Shown here in pieces: positions 39,272 through 48,635 of a stretch of DNA of 64,000 nt. Every line of letters starts with the position of its first letter. The stretch's first letter is position 1. Under the pieces are notes generated by a model that was not told where the DNA came from, did not search any database, and was given only the letters and a program-made list of their open reading frames with translations. Source of the DNA: a virus (Duplodnaviria; Caudoviricetes); IMG/VR virus record IMGVR_UViG_3300012952_003756, positions 4,776-68,775 of that record; one strand, given 5' to 3'. Made by a program: the position numbers and the translations under genes.

Positions 39272-42200
39272 TTATTTAGGCTCGTTTCTCTTTTCTGGTA
39301 ACTGCCCTTGATCTGCGTATGGTTGTGCGTATTCTCTCCAACTTTGAGGAGACCTTGGATGTGGGCCTTTCCATGCACATTTATTCTTTTTCAAAATTGC
39401 TTGAAGTGCCTTAAATGATCGAGGCACTTTCCTTCCAAGCCTGACGTGGAAGTGATTTTGATGGTTTGGTTCGTGAGCAAATAGGCGTTTAATCCTTTTG
39501 AGCATATCCTCGTTGCCACGAAGAGTCCCAAACAATTCATCGAGCCCTACGGGAGGGGGCCCTATAAAGTTTGGATCATAATTTTGGCCTTGAAATATCT
39601 CTTGGGCTCGCTTTCTTATACCATTGCAAAATTTTGCACCTTTTTTACTTACCCCAACATAGACCCTGCTCTTAGACATTCCCGCGGTTTGTAATATCAT
39701 AAGACCCAAGGCAATACATTTATCATAGTCAATAATGGGCCCTGCTTGGTTTTTTGTGGATCCATCATAAAGTTTTTGAAATCCATACTTAAGTTTTGTG
39801 CCTGGCTTGGATCTTCTATAGTCGATTGGTAAATTTAAATCTATATCATAGCCGGCACGGTGGCTTGCGTGGCCACCGATTTTATCAATACCGTTGGCCC
39901 ACTTTGTGCTTATATCCTCAATAAACCACTGAACCTTTGGTTTGCCTGGGGCGGATGAATATGACCCCCCATTTGTAGGATTGAGGCTTGGGTGTGTCCA
40001 AATTTCACTTTCTAAAATGTTAAGAATAAACTCTTCAACAATTGCTTTTCCCCACCCTTTATTGTTGTTTCTAAAGCTGTGGGTTATTTTTAATTTTTTA
40101 TTAAAATCGCTTTTTGCTCCAAAATTCTTTAAGCCTAGAGGGTTTTTATTTTTTCCGGTACAACTTGGAGTTCCCTCATCAAATCCGGAAGATGACTGGC
40201 CCTGCTTTCCGGAAAATCTTTTTCTACAGGCTTTCACACAAGCGTTATATTTCTTCTGAAGATAAGTCTTTGCAGTTTGCTTTTTTTTGTTACCTTTTTC
40301 GCATTTTATGTTTGGATCAGATAAACTGTATTTGTCTGGTAATATATCTCCGTCAGAATTATATGCATTCCCTTCTGCATCATAAGATACTGGTATATTT
40401 TTTGGATTTACTTTTTTTGTAGGATCTGCGGCAGAAACTGGTTTAAACGAAGGGTCTGCTACGGCAGGGCCCGGAGATGCAAGTAGAGATTTTTTTGAAA
40501 GCCTTTTTTTCAGGGGCCCGCTGTGTCCTCCTGAAACCCACTCTAAATATAATCCCTCTAGTTGCGATAATTCTGCTTCTTTGTTGCCGTCCATGATCTT
40601 TGCGCAACCATTAAACTTAGAATTTTTGCACGGAGAAGAAGATTTGAGTTTTTTAATCTGGTCCCAGGTGCCTTTATTTCCTTTGGTTGATCCGTATACA
40701 TGAACTTCAAAATTTTCACCCGGCTTAGCTCCTGACAGTTTTTTCTCTTTGAATATTTTTTTAAAAACATTCTTGTAACTATATGTAGAGTCTAAATAAT
40801 CAATCCTCTGAAGTGGGACGGAACCTCCAATGTTTTGGCTGCTCATTTTATTAATGATACCCTCTACGGAATAATATCCTCCAGAGAACGATTTAAAGTT
40901 TATAAATTTAGGATCGCCCTTGTCCCCACCCAGACCTTTTGTCAAGTCTGTTTCTTTTATTATTCCTACAATTTCTTTGTGAAATTCTTCAAAATTTTTA
41001 TTATTTCCAAAAGTTGCTTTGTCCGAGCCAATTTTAGATTTAAGGTTTAATTGCATCGTAACATACACTACATTTCTTTTTTGAATAGTAACCATGTTGT
41101 GTAACTGATCTGTAACTTTTTTACTAAATCCATCTGTCTTCCACCTGTCTGGTGCGGATTCTTTACCTGCTGACAAGCCATGGAAAAAATAAATTAATTC
41201 ATACTTTTTAGATAAGTCGGCGCCAAGGGGAACAACTATTGCAGTCTTTCCGCTCAACCCTGCGTGCTTTGAATTATATAATAAAATCTTACCTGTAAAT
41301 TCGGAAAAATGTTGTTGATCCTCCTTTGACATGTTGGAGCCAGGCACGACAACAAGGCTTTTAGGATCGAAGCCTCCTGCAGCTGCAGAGGTGGGCACTT
41401 TTCCATCATCTAACCATGTGATCCAATCAAAATCTACGCCAGAGCTAACTCCTCGAAAAATAAAATTTGACCATGGTCCGGACAGCTTTAAAGTTTTTGT
41501 TTTGTTGTTATCAACAAACGTCATGCCTGATTTGTGTGATTTTTCATAAGAACTGTCAACTGCTTTTGTATCTCCACTAAACTTTAAATTAGCTAAATAA
41601 TCTTTCGTAAGAGCCTCGTGTGCCTCCGACATCTTGTCTGGATCTAATTTTGAAGGATCAGCAGTCATCCAATCTACAGTTAATTTTGATGTCTGCCCTA
41701 TGTAAGAGGCAACCGCTTTTGTCGGAGATTCAGGGCCATTGCTTGATAGATGAAATTCGACTTCCGTGGATTTCGGGTCAATGGCTGCCATGATATCTTT
41801 TATGTCACTATCGTGATAATGGTTATCAGGGTGACCTCCGAAATCTGCATGAAATAATTGAATTTTTTGTAATTCTTTTCCAAACTCTTTTAACTGATTT
41901 CTTCTAGCTAGGTTTGATATCGCAATGCCTCCATGGCCCATTGCGGCTAAAGTAATAAATTTCACTTTAGCTTTTACATCAGATCCTAAATGCTCCTTCA
42001 GTTTCTTATGGACAGTTTTAATCAAAGTTTTGACATTACCTACTCCTTTTGGAGCCGGGCTAGCACTTTTATAAGAAAGTGGCGTCTTATCTTTATATCC
42101 GTTTTTTAGTTTTCCTCCAAAACCCCACATGGCCCATTGTCGATCGCCGTACTCGTTTTTAAGAGTTGCGCCTTTAGAAGAGTTGACTCGCGGATAATCG

Positions 42201-43264
42201 CTTCCCGCGGGGGAAGCTTGCTTGGACCACAACATCTCTGGCATGATAAAAATTATATTCCGGCGGGCGCCGTCAAGTTTATCGCTTTTTCTTGTCATGC
42301 TAAACATTGTTTTAGCAATTTTCTCCCACTCTTTCTTATCCTTAGAAAACTTATTCTTATCATGAAAAAAATAAATTAACTCTACATTCTTTTTGACATC
42401 AACCCCTTTTGGTATAAAAATTACAGTTGAGCGGCCGGCTCCGTCAATCATCTTAATGTCATCATCAGAGGCGCCGGTGGCTAAACGGCCAAAAATTGTT
42501 ACACCATCAAAAGGGGAATCGGTACCTTTACCATCTCCATTTTTATCTAATATGTCCTTAAGCCAATTGGGGCTACTAACATTGATTGCTTTTTTTTCTT
42601 GATTTCCTTCTCCGGTCGCAACCGGGCGGATTTCATCCAATTTAGAGACATTTTTATTTTTGCCCATACAGTCGCCAACCGAAGCCTGCCCTGTATATCT
42701 TTTTCTACATTCATCTATACAGTCTTTTAGGGCCTGCACGTTTGCGTTCGCAGTTTTTGGATCTAGGGGGCCCGCGAAATACATCCTGGTAATTGCGCCC
42801 TTATTGGCCAACTCCACCTTTACTAAGTCTCCAGGGCGAGCGCCTTGATTTTGCACAAGCGTATCTAAAGCTTGTATTGTTGGATAACAATCGATTGCAA
42901 GTTTATCCTCTTTGCTTTGAAATTTAGGATTTAAATTATTTGGGACCGGAAGCATAAAATGTATTTCTGGGACGCGCACTTTGTAGGTGTTTAATCTATA
43001 TTTGGCATCTGCTCCCGTTGCACCCTGAATTGCGTCATCTTGCGGTGTACAGTCTCCCGAATACCTATTGTCTGCCCTTAAAAGAATTCCAATAAGTGTT
43101 CCGGATGTTTTAAACTTGTTTGGCGAATAAACTTTATCTCGCATCCGGGTCATTTGCGATTGAGGGGATTCTGATTGGAAATCGATACTTTCCTGATCCA
43201 CGTCATCCGCGTTAAAATCATTGAGATAGCCGGGCTGGATGTCTAAAATTTCAGGCCTAGACAT
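39272..43264 (-). CDS. gp5-like baseplate hub protein with two alpha/beta-hydrolase-like modules and a C-terminal MepA-type murein endopeptidase
   Basis: N-terminal YKVRVPEIH...PGDLVKVE (OB-fold-like); duplicated ELIYFFH modules; GGHASHRAGYDIDL and HQNHFHVRL (LAS/MepA zinc motifs). Confidence 0.65.
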   Translation of the reverse strand: MSRPEILDIQPGYLNDFNADDVDQESIDFQSESPQSQMTRMRDKVYSPNKFKTSGTLIGILLRADNRYSGDCTPQDDAIQGATGADAKYRLNTYKVRVPEIHFMLPVPNNLNPKFQSKEDKLAIDCYPTIQALDTLVQNQGARPGDLVKVELANKGAITRMYFAGPLDPKTANANVQALKDCIDECRKRYTGQASVGDCMGKNKNVSKLDEIRPVATGEGNQEKKAINVSSPNWLKDILDKNGDGKGTDSPFDGVTIFGRLATGASDDDIKMIDGAGRSTVIFIPKGVDVKKNVELIYFFHDKNKFSKDKKEWEKIAKTMFSMTRKSDKLDGARRNIIFIMPEMLWSKQASPAGSDYPRVNSSKGATLKNEYGDRQWAMWGFGGKLKNGYKDKTPLSYKSASPAPKGVGNVKTLIKTVHKKLKEHLGSDVKAKVKFITLAAMGHGGIAISNLARRNQLKEFGKELQKIQLFHADFGGHPDNHYHDSDIKDIMAAIDPKSTEVEFHLSSNGPESPTKAVASYIGQTSKLTVDWMTADPSKLDPDKMSEAHEALTKDYLANLKFSGDTKAVDSSYEKSHKSGMTFVDNNKTKTLKLSGPWSNFIFRGVSSGVDFDWITWLDDGKVPTSAAAGGFDPKSLVVVPGSNMSKEDQQHFSEFTGKILLYNSKHAGLSGKTAIVVPLGADLSKKYELIYFFHGLSAGKESAPDRWKTDGFSKKVTDQLHNMVTIQKRNVVYVTMQLNLKSKIGSDKATFGNNKNFEEFHKEIVGIIKETDLTKGLGGDKGDPKFINFKSFSGGYYSVEGIINKMSSQNIGGSVPLQRIDYLDSTYSYKNVFKKIFKEKKLSGAKPGENFEVHVYGSTKGNKGTWDQIKKLKSSSPCKNSKFNGCAKIMDGNKEAELSQLEGLYLEWVSGGHSGPLKKRLSKKSLLASPGPAVADPSFKPVSAADPTKKVNPKNIPVSYDAEGNAYNSDGDILPDKYSLSDPNIKCEKGNKKKQTAKTYLQKKYNACVKACRKRFSGKQGQSSSGFDEGTPSCTGKNKNPLGLKNFGAKSDFNKKLKITHSFRNNNKGWGKAIVEEFILNILESEIWTHPSLNPTNGGSYSSAPGKPKVQWFIEDISTKWANGIDKIGGHASHRAGYDIDLNLPIDYRRSKPGTKLKYGFQKLYDGSTKNQAGPIIDYDKCIALGLMILQTAGMSKSRVYVGVSKKGAKFCNGIRKRAQEIFQGQNYDPNFIGPPPVGLDELFGTLRGNEDMLKRIKRLFAHEPNHQNHFHVRLGRKVPRSFKALQAILKKNKCAWKGPHPRSPQSWREYAQPYADQGQLPEKRNEPK

Positions 43265-43570
43265 TTATTTATCCCCACTCTGAATTAAATCAAATAATTG
43301 CTCTTTATCTTCGTCATTCAACTCAATTGAACTGTCTTTTCTCTTATTTAATATGGCTGCAATTTTTACCAACTGCTCATTTGAGCGCTGCAGCGTCTCT
43401 ACATATTTTGAAGCAATTAGGCCCAATTGTTTGTGGTTTTCTAAATCAGAAGTCTTTTTCATTTCCAATAAAAGATCCGTCAACAAGGTGCTTGTTACGG
43501 ATCGATCATCTCTAATATTTTTTATTGACTCTTGAATGTAGTCATTGATGTCCTCTACTCGTCGTCCCAT
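43265..43570 (-). CDS. Hypothetical protein (101 aa, helical)
   Basis: Fills the gap between sigma and hub genes; overlaps the sigma stop by 16 nt. Confidence 0.6.
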   Translation of the reverse strand: MGRRVEDINDYIQESIKNIRDDRSVTSTLLTDLLLEMKKTSDLENHKQLGLIASKYVETLQRSNEQLVKIAAILNKRKDSSIELNDEDKEQLFDLIQSGDK

Positions 43571-44244
43571 TTCCTTTTAAAATCCCTATACTTAACTCTA
43601 ATCTTATTAAGTGAGCTAACGACCTGCTTTGTATTCAGGCCAGTAATCTCCCTTATGTATAGGTAAATAGCTTTCTTGTTAAAAATTTCTATATTTTCAG
43701 ATTCTTCAAAAAGAATCTTTACGGCTTGAATAACTTTTTTGTCATTTGGTCGATTTGCTGCAGTCTCCCAAGTTTCCATATTTTCTCTAAAAAATGACCA
43801 AAATTCTCTTTTTATTGCATCTTGCATGGATGTATTATAAATAACCAAAGGGTGGTTGTTGTTTATGTCGGCCTGTGTTGGGGCATGATAATTATCAATT
43901 AAGACCTCCCTTCTATATTGTTGAGAGGTTTTCTTGACTTTATGAATAAACCAATTTTTAGTTATAACACTAAAATATGAAAATGCCTTAGAACCTTTAT
44001 TGGGGTCGTACTTATCCAATATGGTAATAAGCCAATTTTTGCAATCTTCTTTTAAATAATCAATATTGGGCAGATTTGTAAATTTGTAAGTATAGACAAT
44101 TTTGTCAACCATCTCATCAAAGGCTGGGCCGATTAAATTATTATAAAGTTCATTTCTCGTTTTTGGATCATTAGTTGTACAATATTCAATTATTGCATCT
44201 TCATGAATTTTTGTAAAATATTGATTTTTTCTTTTTCGAGCCAT
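43555..44244 (-). CDS. Phage RNA polymerase sigma factor, T4 gp55-like (late transcription)
   Basis: LDKYDPNKGSKAFSYFSVITKNWF resembles the sigma region 2 / gp55 F-Y-F-T motif; located at the head of the structural module. Confidence 0.7.
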   Translation of the reverse strand: MARKRKNQYFTKIHEDAIIEYCTTNDPKTRNELYNNLIGPAFDEMVDKIVYTYKFTNLPNIDYLKEDCKNWLITILDKYDPNKGSKAFSYFSVITKNWFIHKVKKTSQQYRREVLIDNYHAPTQADINNNHPLVIYNTSMQDAIKREFWSFFRENMETWETAANRPNDKKVIQAVKILFEESENIEIFNKKAIYLYIREITGLNTKQVVSSLNKIRVKYRDFKRKWDDE

Positions 44245-44247
44245 ATA

Positions 44248-44544
44248 TTAAACATCTTCCTCATCATATTCCTCTTCTGTGTAGTTAACATCATATGCGG
44301 CTCTAAAGTTTTTAGACCTCTCAGAAACTGCCTTGGAATGGCGCAAAAGATTATCTAATGTTGAATCGCCAAAAAATCTTTCTAATTTATAAACAATTTC
44401 AACATGCTCAGAATATTCTTCTAAATCAATAAACAATCCTTCTAACTCTTCAGATATATTAAGAAATCGTCTTATTAATTGTACCACATACCAAACCAAC
44501 AGTATGTTAATTACAACAGAAACTCCTAAAAGTATTTCAATCAT
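44248..44544 (-). CDS. Small membrane-anchored hypothetical protein
   Basis: N-terminal hydrophobic helix IEILLGVSVVINILLVWYVVQLI followed by a coiled/acidic tail. Confidence 0.6.
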   Translation of the reverse strand: MIEILLGVSVVINILLVWYVVQLIRRFLNISEELEGLFIDLEEYSEHVEIVYKLERFFGDSTLDNLLRHSKAVSERSKNFRAAYDVNYTEEEYDEEDV

Positions 44545-44792
44545 CTTTTTCCTTTTAGTTCTTCTTTCTGCTGCTTTAGTTGCTCTTTGGAACTATCAAT
44601 AAATTCCTTCACATGTGAGCCAACTTTCTTTATTTTATCATCTTTATGCTTGGAAAGATTTGCAAAGAAGCTTGGCTTACGATATATATTTTTCGATTTG
44701 CATTGGTGACACTCTTCTATTTCTTCTGTCATGCCATGTTTTTCTTTCCACTCATCAGAGCAATCTTCGCATGCATATAGATATATGGGCAT
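44541..44792 (-). CDS. FmdB-family zinc-ribbon protein
   Basis: MPIYLYACEDC...ECHQC. Confidence 0.8.
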   Translation of the reverse strand: MPIYLYACEDCSDEWKEKHGMTEEIEECHQCKSKNIYRKPSFFANLSKHKDDKIKKVGSHVKEFIDSSKEQLKQQKEELKGKR

Positions 44793-45046
44793 TAATTTTC
44801 CCTTTTTTCAAATGGGTCGGCAGCTGCTGTGGTACCTGGGCCAGAATTTGTGTGGCGCTCCTCAAACTCATCGCCAAACTTAACAATTGGCGGATTTAAC
44901 ACAACGAGCCCGTCAGGCGAACCTGCCATCTTAAAACCCTCTAACACAGGGATAATATCTGATTGTTCCATAAGGCTTTTCTGAAGAGCCATCATGAGCG
45001 CTCCGACTGCCTGTTTTGATAAATTTGTGTGTTGTACTTCTGTCAT
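44792..45046 (-). CDS. Hypothetical protein
   Basis: AAGGAG SD favours the second ATG (45046); TAATG coupling to the next gene. Confidence 0.6.
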   Translation of the reverse strand: MTEVQHTNLSKQAVGALMMALQKSLMEQSDIIPVLEGFKMAGSPDGLVVLNPPIVKFGDEFEERHTNSGPGTTAAADPFEKREN

Positions 45047-45136
45047 TGTCATACTCCTTTTATTCTAAGTACTTATAGGATAATATTTTAACATACAGTC
45101 CTATATTTTTTTATTTTTTTTAACTCAATAATATTT

Positions 45137-46102
45137 TTAAAAATCTAACTGAGATAAAGAGTCTTGCCAGCTAGTAAATCTCAAGGCCTTATCATCAATA
45201 TACGCTACTGCCCTTGGCTTCTCTGCTGTAACTTTAGAAACATATTGTGATAAGTCATGCCTTTTTAGCCACTCCCAAACTAATTCTGTTCCTGTTTTGC
45301 CATTCACCAGCCCCCTGTCAGACCTGGCCTTGCAGGTATAAACGATAATTGTATATTTATTTGATATCTCTTTTAGGGCCTCTTTTGCTCCGTCAACCGG
45401 CTCATCATATATTGTGCCGTCATGATACCCCTTTGAGCACTTATGAATAACGCCATCAAAATCAATTCCAATATTGATTAATTCATCGGGATAGCTGTGT
45501 TTTCTGATCTTACCGCCTTTCCAGTTAAGTTTTTCTAACTCTTCTGGAGTGTTATGATTAATCGGTGGGCAAACCTTTCCGGAGCCATGAGTAAGCTCAT
45601 AAGTCAAAAGCAATGTTAGAACTTCGGCTGTATGGTAGTAAGATGCCCCCAAGACCACTTGTGTTAAATTACTAATTTCTTCCGGAATTGGCATCGACGT
45701 GATCATTGCAGTCTTCATTCCTTGGTCCTCTGCCCACTGAAGAGCTTTTATAATGTCCTTAGAGCGACCAGAAGATGATATCCCCAACACCAAAGACTTC
45801 CTCATTTGAGTTTTTGTTTTGGTGGTCGACCTCTGTCTCAGCCAAGAAACCATCCATTGATCAAAATTTGTATCGTTAATTAGCGATGTGGCCACAATTG
45901 CAGATCCAGGGCACATCGCGTTCTTAGTCCCATTTGACAGTCTTGTGATATCAACGGCTGCATGATCTGCAATTGCTAAATTTCCGCCGTGACCCAAAAC
46001 ATAAATATCTCCGCATTGATTAAATTTCTCTTGCAAGTCTGACCACTCTTGCGAGTTGACAACTTTTACAAACCTTTCACCAATGTTTTCAAAATCCAAC
46101 AT
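45137..46102 (-). CDS. SIS-domain sugar-phosphate isomerase (GmhA-like) fused to a HAD phosphatase
   Basis: YVLGHGGNLAIADH and GISSSGRSKDIIKA (SIS), then IGIDFDGVI...KPRAVAYIDDKA (HAD motifs I, III, IV). Confidence 0.8.
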   Translation of the reverse strand: MLDFENIGERFVKVVNSQEWSDLQEKFNQCGDIYVLGHGGNLAIADHAAVDITRLSNGTKNAMCPGSAIVATSLINDTNFDQWMVSWLRQRSTTKTKTQMRKSLVLGISSSGRSKDIIKALQWAEDQGMKTAMITSMPIPEEISNLTQVVLGASYYHTAEVLTLLLTYELTHGSGKVCPPINHNTPEELEKLNWKGGKIRKHSYPDELINIGIDFDGVIHKCSKGYHDGTIYDEPVDGAKEALKEISNKYTIIVYTCKARSDRGLVNGKTGTELVWEWLKRHDLSQYVSKVTAEKPRAVAYIDDKALRFTSWQDSLSQLDF

Positions 46103-46781
46103 TATCTTTAATACTCCTATGATATTCTAATAAGGCAACCGTATCCATCCCCAAACACTTTAGACCATAATTTTCATAGCCTTTTAGTTTCTCTTCAACA
46201 TTATCTGGAATATGGATTGCTCTTTTATCTTCCGATATTATATCATTAAATTTGTCAATATATAAGAGAAAATTTTCATTTTTAAAATCTCCCGGGTGAC
46301 CTAAACTTAAACTTAGATCATAGGGGCCAATTAAATAATAATCAAAGTTGAAAGACGCAATTGCGCTCAAATTATCAACCGCTTCTTTTGTTTCAATTTG
46401 TGGTATGATGATAGGATTGTTACAAATTAAATCTTTTTGCCCCCACTCATTCTGTCTAACTAGACCCAAGCCGCGCTTACCGCGGGGGGCGTAATAACTA
46501 TAATCAATTATTCTTTCACATTGTTCAGCAGTTTCGATAGTAGAAAAAATTATCCCATCAACACCCGCATCGAGGCAATATCTAATTTGTGTTTTGTTGA
46601 CTTCTGTCAGGCGCACAAAGCACAACTTTTGTTTTAATTTAATTGCTTGAATGCAAGAAAACAAAGTCTCGTTGTTAAAGCACCCATGTTCTGTGTCAAC
46701 AACAACGCCTTGAGAATTTAAACACAATAATTCACTAACAAGGGGGGATGGGATTTGTTGCCAAGAGAGCACATTTAACAA
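46089..46781 (-). CDS. HpcH/HpaI-family class II pyruvate aldolase
   Basis: VVDTEHG, LDAGVDGIIF, PRGKRGLG, PQIETKEAVDNL, LIGPYDLSLSLG; TTG start. Confidence 0.88.
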   Translation of the reverse strand: MLNVLSWQQIPSPLVSELLCLNSQGVVVDTEHGCFNNETLFSCIQAIKLKQKLCFVRLTEVNKTQIRYCLDAGVDGIIFSTIETAEQCERIIDYSYYAPRGKRGLGLVRQNEWGQKDLICNNPIIIPQIETKEAVDNLSAIASFNFDYYLIGPYDLSLSLGHPGDFKNENFLLYIDKFNDIISEDKRAIHIPDNVEEKLKGYENYGLKCLGMDTVALLEYHRSIKDNVGF

Positions 46782-46783
46782 TT

Positions 46784-47506
46784 TTACACCAATTCTTTGT
46801 TTATGTAAGTTATGACCGAGTGGCCCGGGGCCGGATCGTCAAAATCGACATCGTATATCTCGAAATACTTAGAGATGTGTTCTTTTAGTTTGTCCTTTAG
46901 TTCTTTGCCAAGAGTGCCGTGTATTTCTAGGCCCATGGCGCCTATCTTAGATAAATCTTTATCTAAAAGAAAATCGTATTCTGCGCCTTCGATGTCAATT
47001 TTCAGATAGTCGATATAATCAATATCAAAAAACCTATACATACCTTCTAGAGAAATTGTATATACATTATGCCATGGCTCGCCGTTGTTGGGGCCCGACG
47101 TGGGCGCCGGGTACCAGACGTCGCCGTATTGTTTAGTGAGCATATCTGATACAGTCACGCAACTAACAGATTCTCCATTCCATGCGTGTTTATAAACCTT
47201 TATAACTTCTCCGCAGTTTTTTGCTGCAGCCAAATTAAAACAACTTACATTATATGCCATGTCGTCTGATTCATTTATCTCCATAATTCTTTTGAGGGTT
47301 TCTCGAAAATTTTGATAACTAGCATCAATGGCAAAAATACTATCAAATTCCATAAAATTGTCCTGCGAAAAGTGACCAACGTTGGAACCCAAATCTATTG
47401 CAACATTTCTTGATATTTGCTCTGGGATCAAATATTTTCCATAATAATCCTTCTGATTTTCGGTCCTTGAATTGAAATAAAATTTATTAACATAATGTTC
47501 TCGCAT
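46784..47506 (-). CDS. FkbM-family SAM methyltransferase
   Basis: IDLGSNVG and YLKIDIEGAEY; start moved to ATG 47506 (GGAGG SD, TAATG overlap). Confidence 0.85.
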   Translation of the reverse strand: MREHYVNKFYFNSRTENQKDYYGKYLIPEQISRNVAIDLGSNVGHFSQDNFMEFDSIFAIDASYQNFRETLKRIMEINESDDMAYNVSCFNLAAAKNCGEVIKVYKHAWNGESVSCVTVSDMLTKQYGDVWYPAPTSGPNNGEPWHNVYTISLEGMYRFFDIDYIDYLKIDIEGAEYDFLLDKDLSKIGAMGLEIHGTLGKELKDKLKEHISKYFEIYDVDFDDPAPGHSVITYINKELV

Positions 47507-47943
47507 TAATACCTCCCTATATAATCTGAACAAATACCGCGGCATTTTAAAATATTCTCATCTGAATAAAAGCCTTCGACAGTTTCCGGCATCACACATA
47601 TAGAATTTGAAGTAAGTATGCTGCCGGGATATGACCAAACAAAGCCCTTGCTTGTTATTGTGTGTGCATCGATGTCATGCCAAAAATAATGAACTCCAAG
47701 ATCTATTAGTTTTTGCAGTGCTTGTGTATTTTTTGCGTGACACCATAATAAATCATTGTCAAGAAATTCATCTTTAATTTTATATTGAGGGCCGTCATGA
47801 CCCAAAAATAATTGCCCAGATTCATACCATACATCAACCTCTACATTATAACCAAGATCAATGGCTTTTTTTACGTACTCTGGGCTATTCTCCATCGATG
47901 GGATTGGACCATCAATGTTTCCTCTATGCGCTATTAGAATCAT
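47506..47943 (-). CDS. Glycerophosphodiester phosphodiesterase-like (GDPD/PLC-like) protein
   Basis: MILIAHRGN...ENS...VEVDVW...LGHD; start ATG 47943 (ATGA overlap). Confidence 0.75.
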   Translation of the reverse strand: MILIAHRGNIDGPIPSMENSPEYVKKAIDLGYNVEVDVWYESGQLFLGHDGPQYKIKDEFLDNDLLWCHAKNTQALQKLIDLGVHYFWHDIDAHTITSKGFVWSYPGSILTSNSICVMPETVEGFYSDENILKCRGICSDYIGRY

Positions 47944-48635
47944 TTTTTTACCACATATGCTGATGGGCAAATATAGTTCAATGTCTTTATTTCAACATCT
48001 TTATCTTTAAAGAAGTTATCTACTCCATTTGCTTCAGACCATTTGTGAAATGCATACTCATCAAAAACTACAATTCCGCCCTTGCATACGCGGTCCCAGA
48101 GGGCCTCTAGAGCAGCCTCTGTGGGCTCTCCTAGGTCTAGGTCCAAATAGAGCAGAGAAATCCTAAATCCGGGCCTTTCTGAGGCGAATTTAGAGGCTGT
48201 GTTTTTAATATCTCCGGCGACTAGCTCGAACTCGTGTTCTTCAAAGCCAAGCTTGGTTATAAATTCTTGAAATAGTTTTTGCTGACCTTCTTCATGATTA
48301 TAGTTTCTTTCTTTAAAAAGAGTGCTCATGGCCTCTTTATCAATTGATGTAAGGCTTTCAATAAGCTTATCAGAGTTAAAAAAGTCAAATCCGATAACTT
48401 TCTTTAAACTATTTGGACAAAGATACCTTTTTAATTTTAAGAAAGTTAAAAGGCCGGTGCCCTTAAAGACCCCACACTCTACAATATCACCAGGGACATT
48501 TTTGACTTGATCCATCAAAAGGGTGCGAGCCAATAATTTACCAAAGACTTTTAAGTCATCACTTAAAATAAAGCCATTAAAGTTGTCGTAAAGATCTTGG
48601 CTTGTGTCAACTATTTGTAAATCCTTTAGATTCAT
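47940..48635 (-). CDS. TylF/MycF-family sugar O-methyltransferase
   Basis: PGDIVECGVFKG and LLYLDLD...GGIVVFDEY. Confidence 0.85.
   Translation of the reverse strand: MNLKDLQIVDTSQDLYDNFNGFILSDDLKVFGKLLARTLLMDQVKNVPGDIVECGVFKGTGLLTFLKLKRYLCPNSLKKVIGFDFFNSDKLIESLTSIDKEAMSTLFKERNYNHEEGQQKLFQEFITKLGFEEHEFELVAGDIKNTASKFASERPGFRISLLYLDLDLGEPTEAALEALWDRVCKGGIVVFDEYAFHKWSEANGVDNFFKDKDVEIKTLNYICPSAYVVKK

Noticed and set aside
44248-44544. Possible holin/spanin
   Set aside because: Single N-terminal helix only, no lipobox, and no endolysin nearby; insufficient evidence.
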